Below are positions 58,964 to 64,000 of a stretch of 64,000 nt of DNA, one piece after another; the first letter of the stretch is position 1; each line of letters starts with the position of its first letter. Under the pieces are notes generated by a model. The model made no database searches. It was not told the DNA's origin and saw only the letters and a program-made list of their open reading frames with translations. The position numbers were made by a program, and so were the translations under genes. The DNA comes from an uncultured Planctomycetaceae bacterium (GTDB lineage: Bacteria > Planctomycetota > Planctomycetia > Planctomycetales > Planctomycetaceae): NCBI GenBank assembly GCA_963976765.1, contig CAXBME010000019.1:62001-126000 (forward strand), given 5' to 3'.

Positions 58964-59120
58964 CCGTTTCCAGATTCTCAACTGTCAGAATCAACCACTG
59001 CCTTAGTCGACCACTCAGAGCACTTTCATAATTGGTTTTCAGGGTTCTGCAGGAAGGCCGCCAGAAAAACAATGGCTGCTCCGAGTGCCAGAGCTCCTGC
59101 ACTGAAACCATGAAAATGGT

Positions 59121-59516
59121 CTAGTGATGTGCCGTCGAGGCGTGAGCACCTTCTGCCGCTTCACCGTGATAGTTACCAGCAGCCCGATTTTCGACAGGAT
59201 TCTGTGGGACGTCAACATCGTAGTAGTGAACAGCAACGTCTGGGAACAACGCCAATGGCAATCCAACAGCCAGAATAAATGTCGGAGCCAGCAAAACGTA
59301 TTTCCAGTGCCGCTCGAATCGCAGATGCATGAAATAAAGCATCACGCAGGATGCCTTCATGGCTGCAATGGCCAGCACAGTCACAGCAAGCCACCCCGGA
59401 CCTGGAAAATTATCCTTAAGCTCATCCGCAATCCAGGACAACCCGGTGCAGACGATGAGAATCATAAAGATGAATTTGTAGGGGGGATGGTGATGTTCTT
59501 CGTGGTTTTCCATCAC
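59121..59516 (-). CDS. ctaF: Cytochrome c oxidase subunit IV family protein
   Basis: His-rich N-terminus, three TM helices, KA..V..YFMHLRFE motif. Confidence 0.88.
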   Translation of the reverse strand: MMENHEEHHHPPYKFIFMILIVCTGLSWIADELKDNFPGPGWLAVTVLAIAAMKASCVMLYFMHLRFERHWKYVLLAPTFILAVGLPLALFPDVAVHYYDVDVPQNPVENRAAGNYHGEAAEGAHASTAHH

Positions 59517-59614
59517 TCATTCTCTTCTGTACTGGAGCTTTGATTTCGAGAGACGGCGTGGATGAAGCCACAAATTCTCTCGTATTGTTCGATGTTTTTG
59601 GATTGATTGACTCG

Positions 59615-60589
59615 TCAGGAGAAATCAACGATGTACAGCAGTGGGAACAGGAAGATCCAGACAAGGTCAACGAAGTGCCAGTAGAGGCCACTGTTCTCAA
59701 CGAAATCGATCCATTTCCCGTCCAGCTTGCTGCCCTGGAGCAACACGATGCCGAACAGGATCATTCCAACGACCACATGGATTGCGTGGAAACCAGTCAT
59801 CAGAAAGTAAGTCGACGCAAAAACGTTGCCGTACACCATCGGGTGAGGATCATGAACATGGAAGTATGGAGCGATCTGCTCGTCACTTCGCATCGCTTCA
59901 AGCCGGGACACGATTTCTGGATTGATTTCATGGTCTACCCCGACATGTAGAGCAATCTTCTCGCCTCGAACTGCATCCTTGAGTTCACCGTAACTCTTAT
60001 CAAGTTTCTTATAAGCCGTAACCATTGCTGGATCGAAAGCGGCTTCGCCCTCGTCGGGGCCGGTCGATAGCTTGCTCGTCTTTTTGTTGACGTCGTCATC
60101 GCCCGGTACGATCGCGTTCAGAAGTGAGACTCTGGACGAGTCAAACTCGCGGACGAGCTTCTGCAAAGCCTGTTCATCATTCTCTGCAATGTGGCCCGGC
60201 ACGATATCGTGTTCGAACTTGCCGTAATACTCGACGCTTTTGATGCCCAGGAAAACAAAGGCCAAGGCCATTGTGCCAGCCATGAAGTTCCAGGCCTTAC
60301 GATAGTTCTTCTCGATCATCGCCTCATGCGACAGCACGACCAGATAGCTGGAAAGAATCAGCACAAAAGTGTTGATACCACCGGCCAGCACAAGAATGTG
60401 CGTGTCTTTCGGGTCGCTTGGCCACCCCGGCGAACCGAGTCTCAGCACGATGTAACTGCCGATGAACGCTGTGAAGAACATGATCTCGGTGCCGAGAAAA
60501 AGCCACATACACAGCTTTGAATCCGGAATCGCCAGCCCCATCTTCAACGGTGGAGCTGAACTTCCGTGAGAATTTTCTGAGTGCGACAT
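59615..60589 (-). CDS. ctaE: Cytochrome c oxidase subunit III with large soluble insertion
   Basis: [48 protein letters not shown]. Confidence 0.93.
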   Translation of the reverse strand: MSHSENSHGSSAPPLKMGLAIPDSKLCMWLFLGTEIMFFTAFIGSYIVLRLGSPGWPSDPKDTHILVLAGGINTFVLILSSYLVVLSHEAMIEKNYRKAWNFMAGTMALAFVFLGIKSVEYYGKFEHDIVPGHIAENDEQALQKLVREFDSSRVSLLNAIVPGDDDVNKKTSKLSTGPDEGEAAFDPAMVTAYKKLDKSYGELKDAVRGEKIALHVGVDHEINPEIVSRLEAMRSDEQIAPYFHVHDPHPMVYGNVFASTYFLMTGFHAIHVVVGMILFGIVLLQGSKLDGKWIDFVENSGLYWHFVDLVWIFLFPLLYIVDFS

Positions 60590-60699
60590 GCCTCAAATCC
60601 TGAAGATCGAGAAGTTCTCGACGAGTCAACTGATTAAACATTCCCTGGTTCAGGTTCAGAACACTGAGCCCAACTTAAACACACTGCCAACGTGGACTG

Positions 60700-61620
60700 C
60701 TAGGAAAGCAACCGATAATGATCCCACGTCATGGTGAGAAGTACAGTCGGCAGATAAACAATCGAGCAAAGTACCAGCTGTTTTGCTCGTTCTGTTGATT
60801 GATCCAGCAGAAAACGGATAGAGCTGAGCAGATAAACCAACCCACCAATCAGTGCGACGGTCAAGTAAAGATTTCCCGCCAGATCCTGGTGCCAGATCAT
60901 CAAACTTACCGGGATCAGTACACAGGCGTAGACGACTCCAACGAATCCGGCACCATTCGATTCGCCGCGAACCAACGGCAGCATTCGAAGTCCTGCAGAT
61001 TCGTAGTCCTTGCGGTAAATTGTTGCGATCGCCAGAAAATGTGGAAACTGCCACGCGAAGAGCAGCAGGAACAGAGCCAGTGCTCCGCCGTTGAGGCTTC
61101 CGCCTGCGGCCGTCCAACCAAGCACGGGCGGCATCGCGCCGGAAACAGCGCCGACGACTGTGCACAGACTCGACACTCTCTTTAGTGGCGTGTAAGCCGC
61201 TACGTAGAGGGCGAGCGTCGCGAAAGCGAGGATTGCGGTCAACGTATTGACGGCAACGAACAACCAGCCAACACCAGCAAACATCAGCAAAAGCCCAACC
61301 GCGAGAACTTCTGCCGGTCGTACGCGTCCACCTGGAACCGGTCGATCTGCAGTTCGCACCATGTGGCGATCAGTATCCTGCTCATACCACTGATTGAGGA
61401 AGCTGCATGAGATTGCAACGCTGGCAATGCCAATGCATGCGCTCAGCAAACCAGTTATTGAGATAGAGCCTTCGCAACCAACGAAGTAGCCCACCGCGAC
61501 CGCGACCATCCCCATGACGGCGATACGCGGTTTCGATAACTGCAAGTAGTCACCGAACCGAGTCAGCGACATTGTCACGACGCGTCCAGACAATTCAGAA
61601 GTGACACTTGCAGAACTCAT
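60700..61620 (-). CDS. ctaB: Protoheme IX farnesyltransferase (heme O synthase)
   Basis: LSKPRI, NQWYEQDTD..M.RTADRP, YTPLKR, GAMPPVLGW, WQFPHF. Confidence 0.96.
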   Translation of the reverse strand: MSSASVTSELSGRVVTMSLTRFGDYLQLSKPRIAVMGMVAVAVGYFVGCEGSISITGLLSACIGIASVAISCSFLNQWYEQDTDRHMVRTADRPVPGGRVRPAEVLAVGLLLMFAGVGWLFVAVNTLTAILAFATLALYVAAYTPLKRVSSLCTVVGAVSGAMPPVLGWTAAGGSLNGGALALFLLLFAWQFPHFLAIATIYRKDYESAGLRMLPLVRGESNGAGFVGVVYACVLIPVSLMIWHQDLAGNLYLTVALIGGLVYLLSSIRFLLDQSTERAKQLVLCSIVYLPTVLLTMTWDHYRLLS

Positions 61621-61671
61621 ACTTTCTCGAATTTTCAGTCTTTTAAAGATTTCGACGCCACTTTGACTGTC

Positions 61672-62598
61672 TCAGTTGGCTACCAGGCAGCCGTTTAAGC
61701 GGCTCTTTTCTGTTGTGGCTTCTGACCTCAGGATCGTCACTGACCACGATACTGCAGTAGCGACGACCAACATTCCAACGACGGTGTGCAAACTTCTTGC
61801 GACAACCTGAGGCAATGAATGCTGAACCGCCACAAGTCCCGCTGGAGCGAAACCGAATTTAGTCAGCCAGACACCCAGTCCCAGACAGATCTGACCGAGA
61901 ACCGCCATGCCGACCAGAATTCCCCGACGACGAACCGTACTATCGCCCATTTTGAACGAGCTTATAACCACACCACTACCGAAAAGAAAAACAAGTCCCG
62001 CTCCAATCAGATGAGCATGGAGCATGCTTCCCAGATGTCTGATCACACCGCCTAAAACGTACTGGATCAGCACAAGAAGGGGATACGCCCAAGCGAGAAA
62101 CCAGACAACTTTCGAATGAGCCAAATCTTTTTCACTATGTGACCAGCCACGACTCGTTGCTGAACTGACCATCCACAAACTAACAAAGACCAGACATCCG
62201 AAAACACTATGGCCGAATGCAACAAACTGTCGATCCAACCGAACTCTTAAGCCCCCTAACAGCCCCTGTACGATCACTCCAAGAAGAACCAGGACAACCG
62301 CATACCGAATTCCTTTGGAACTCCTGCCTAGCCAGGCGACCGCACAGAGTCCAATCGAGCAGAAGCCGACCAACATCCCGGCCAGCCGATGGCCATGTTC
62401 GACAAACTTATCGCCTGAAGACTGCAACCACGGATAGGACAACATTCCCTGACCGTCTGAAGTTGGCCAGTCGGGAAATGCCATGCCTGCCCCAAGAGTC
62501 GTCACCAGTGAGCCAAGTCCAATCGGCGCTAAGGACACAACAGCAGTGATAACAGCAAGAACGTGGACAAGTTGGCCCTGTTTCGAACGACCAGACAA
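61672..62598 (-). CDS. ctaA: Heme A synthase (COX15/CtaA)
   Basis: PDWP, EHGHR, QGLLGG and four conserved His. Start taken at TTG 62598 after GGGGG, which avoids overlap with subunit I. Confidence 0.88.
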   Translation of the reverse strand: MSGRSKQGQLVHVLAVITAVVSLAPIGLGSLVTTLGAGMAFPDWPTSDGQGMLSYPWLQSSGDKFVEHGHRLAGMLVGFCSIGLCAVAWLGRSSKGIRYAVVLVLLGVIVQGLLGGLRVRLDRQFVAFGHSVFGCLVFVSLWMVSSATSRGWSHSEKDLAHSKVVWFLAWAYPLLVLIQYVLGGVIRHLGSMLHAHLIGAGLVFLFGSGVVISSFKMGDSTVRRRGILVGMAVLGQICLGLGVWLTKFGFAPAGLVAVQHSLPQVVARSLHTVVGMLVVATAVSWSVTILRSEATTEKSRLNGCLVAN

Positions 62599-62614
62599 CT
62601 GACAGCCCCCGTTC

Positions 62615-64000
62615 TTACGAATGACTGCCTGAGTCGGAAGAAGCATCACCCGCTTCACCCTCACTTACTGGCTTCGGATCGAGCCTCTCAGTCTGCATCA
62701 GGTAGTCTCGGTCATCCACTAATGGGGATGAGTATTCGTATGGTCCACGATAGACAACAGGAAGGATGTCAAAATTGCCGTGTCCAGGAGGCGATGGGGC
62801 CGTCCATTCCAAGCCATTGGCGTTCCACGGGTTTCGGCCAGCTTTCTTACCAATAAAGATGCTGCTGATGAAATTTCCAATCAACAGAAACTGTGCAAAA
62901 CCCATCAGCACAGCGCAGATTGTAATGAACTGATTCATGGGCATGAGATGCTCCATGTATGGGTGAATGTATGGATCCGCATATCGGCGTGGGAATCCAG
63001 CAATCCCAAGAAGATGCATTGGGAAGAACGTCCCGTTGAAACCAATGAACGTCAGAATAAAGTGGGCCTTTCCGAGTCGTTCGCTCATCATGCGTCCCCA
63101 CATTTTTGGGAACCAGAACTGAATTGCTCCGAAGCATCCGAACAGGGTCGCGCCAAACAGGACGTAATGGAAATGGGCAACAATGAAGTAGGTGTCGTGG
63201 AAGTAAATATCGACAGGAACTGCGGCCATGAATATGCCGCTCAATCCGCCTACCACGAACATTGATACGAATGCGACACAGTTGAGCGTGACCGTGTTGA
63301 ACTCGACCTTTCCGCCCCAGATCGTGCCAATCCAGTTGAAAACTTTCACGGCAGACGGTAGAGCAATCATCATCGTCGAGATCATGAATGTCATGCCCAA
63401 CGCCGGGTTCATACCACTGGTAAACATGTGGTGCCCCCAGACGATAAATCCAAGGCCGGCAATCGCAGCCATCGAGTAAACCATCGGTTTGTAGCCAAAA
63501 ATTGGTTTACGAACGACACAAGCCAACATGTCCGACACCATACCCATTGCTGGCAGCAACATGATGTATACAGCAGGGTGGGAGTAGAACCAGAACAGGT
63601 GCTGCCAGAGAAGAGGCTGGCCGCCGCCTACCGTCGGGTCACCATTGTTGACGATCAAGCCGCCAGGCACGAAAAAGTTGAAATTCAGCATTCGCTCAGC
63701 AACGAGCATGAATCCAGCGGCTGTCAGGACCGGGAGAGCGAAGGCCTGCAGGATCGCAGTTATGAACATCGACCAGATGGTTAACGGCATCCGGAACAGC
63801 GTCATTCCCGGCGCACGCATGTTGATGATAGTGGTCATGTAGTTGACAGACCCCATCATTGATGACACTCCGACAAGCGTCAGTCCGAATAGCCACCAGG
63901 TTTGGGCGTCACCCGCACCGGGCGCAGAGTCTCGAATTGCCGACAAAACAGGATAAGACGTCCATCCCTGGGCCGGTGCCGCATTTAACCCACCAACGAG
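62615..64000 (-). CDS. ctaD: Cytochrome c oxidase subunit I, A2 type (5' partial)
   Basis: GWTSYP, QHLFWFYSHPAVY, VWGHHMF, HDTYFIVAHFHY, PRRY. The frame continues past the window edge. Confidence 0.97.
   Translation of the reverse strand, partial: LVGGLNAAPAQGWTSYPVLSAIRDSAPGAGDAQTWWLFGLTLVGVSSMMGSVNYMTTIINMRAPGMTLFRMPLTIWSMFITAILQAFALPVLTAAGFMLVAERMLNFNFFVPGGLIVNNGDPTVGGGQPLLWQHLFWFYSHPAVYIMLLPAMGMVSDMLACVVRKPIFGYKPMVYSMAAIAGLGFIVWGHHMFTSGMNPALGMTFMISTMMIALPSAVKVFNWIGTIWGGKVEFNTVTLNCVAFVSMFVVGGLSGIFMAAVPVDIYFHDTYFIVAHFHYVLFGATLFGCFGAIQFWFPKMWGRMMSERLGKAHFILTFIGFNGTFFPMHLLGIAGFPRRYADPYIHPYMEHLMPMNQFITICAVLMGFAQFLLIGNFISSIFIGKKAGRNPWNANGLEWTAPSPPGHGNFDILPVVYRGPYEYSSPLVDDRDYLMQTERLDPKPVSEGEAGDASSDSGSHS

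Overview
Chromosomal window from a Planctomycetota (Planctomycetaceae-like) bacterium. The assignment is inferred from the TPR + ASPIC/UnbV pair, PQQ-like propeller, sulfatase, prenyltransferase-repeat protein, DWG-type Ser/Thr kinase and ECF sigma factor. About 46 genes are densely packed. Housekeeping genes: obgE, rimI, hisI, ligA, argJ, hisS, pfp. Also present are a YhaO/YhaN (Mre11/Rad50-like) pair, many exported hydrolases, several signalling proteins, and the 3' part of an A2-type cytochrome c oxidase cluster with assembly genes. I found no rRNA, tRNA, CRISPR array or transposase. The most notable locus is 44.4-53.9 kb: a candidate ~85-nt sRNA with a C9 loop, a PLP decarboxylase, an ECF sigma factor, and a 2193-aa membrane-anchored FecR + VIT + vWA + LolA-like + TPR protein that looks like a one-piece giant anti-sigma sensor. 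Two families of GTAG-type REP palindromes occur between genes. All domain calls come from motifs read by eye; no database search was run.
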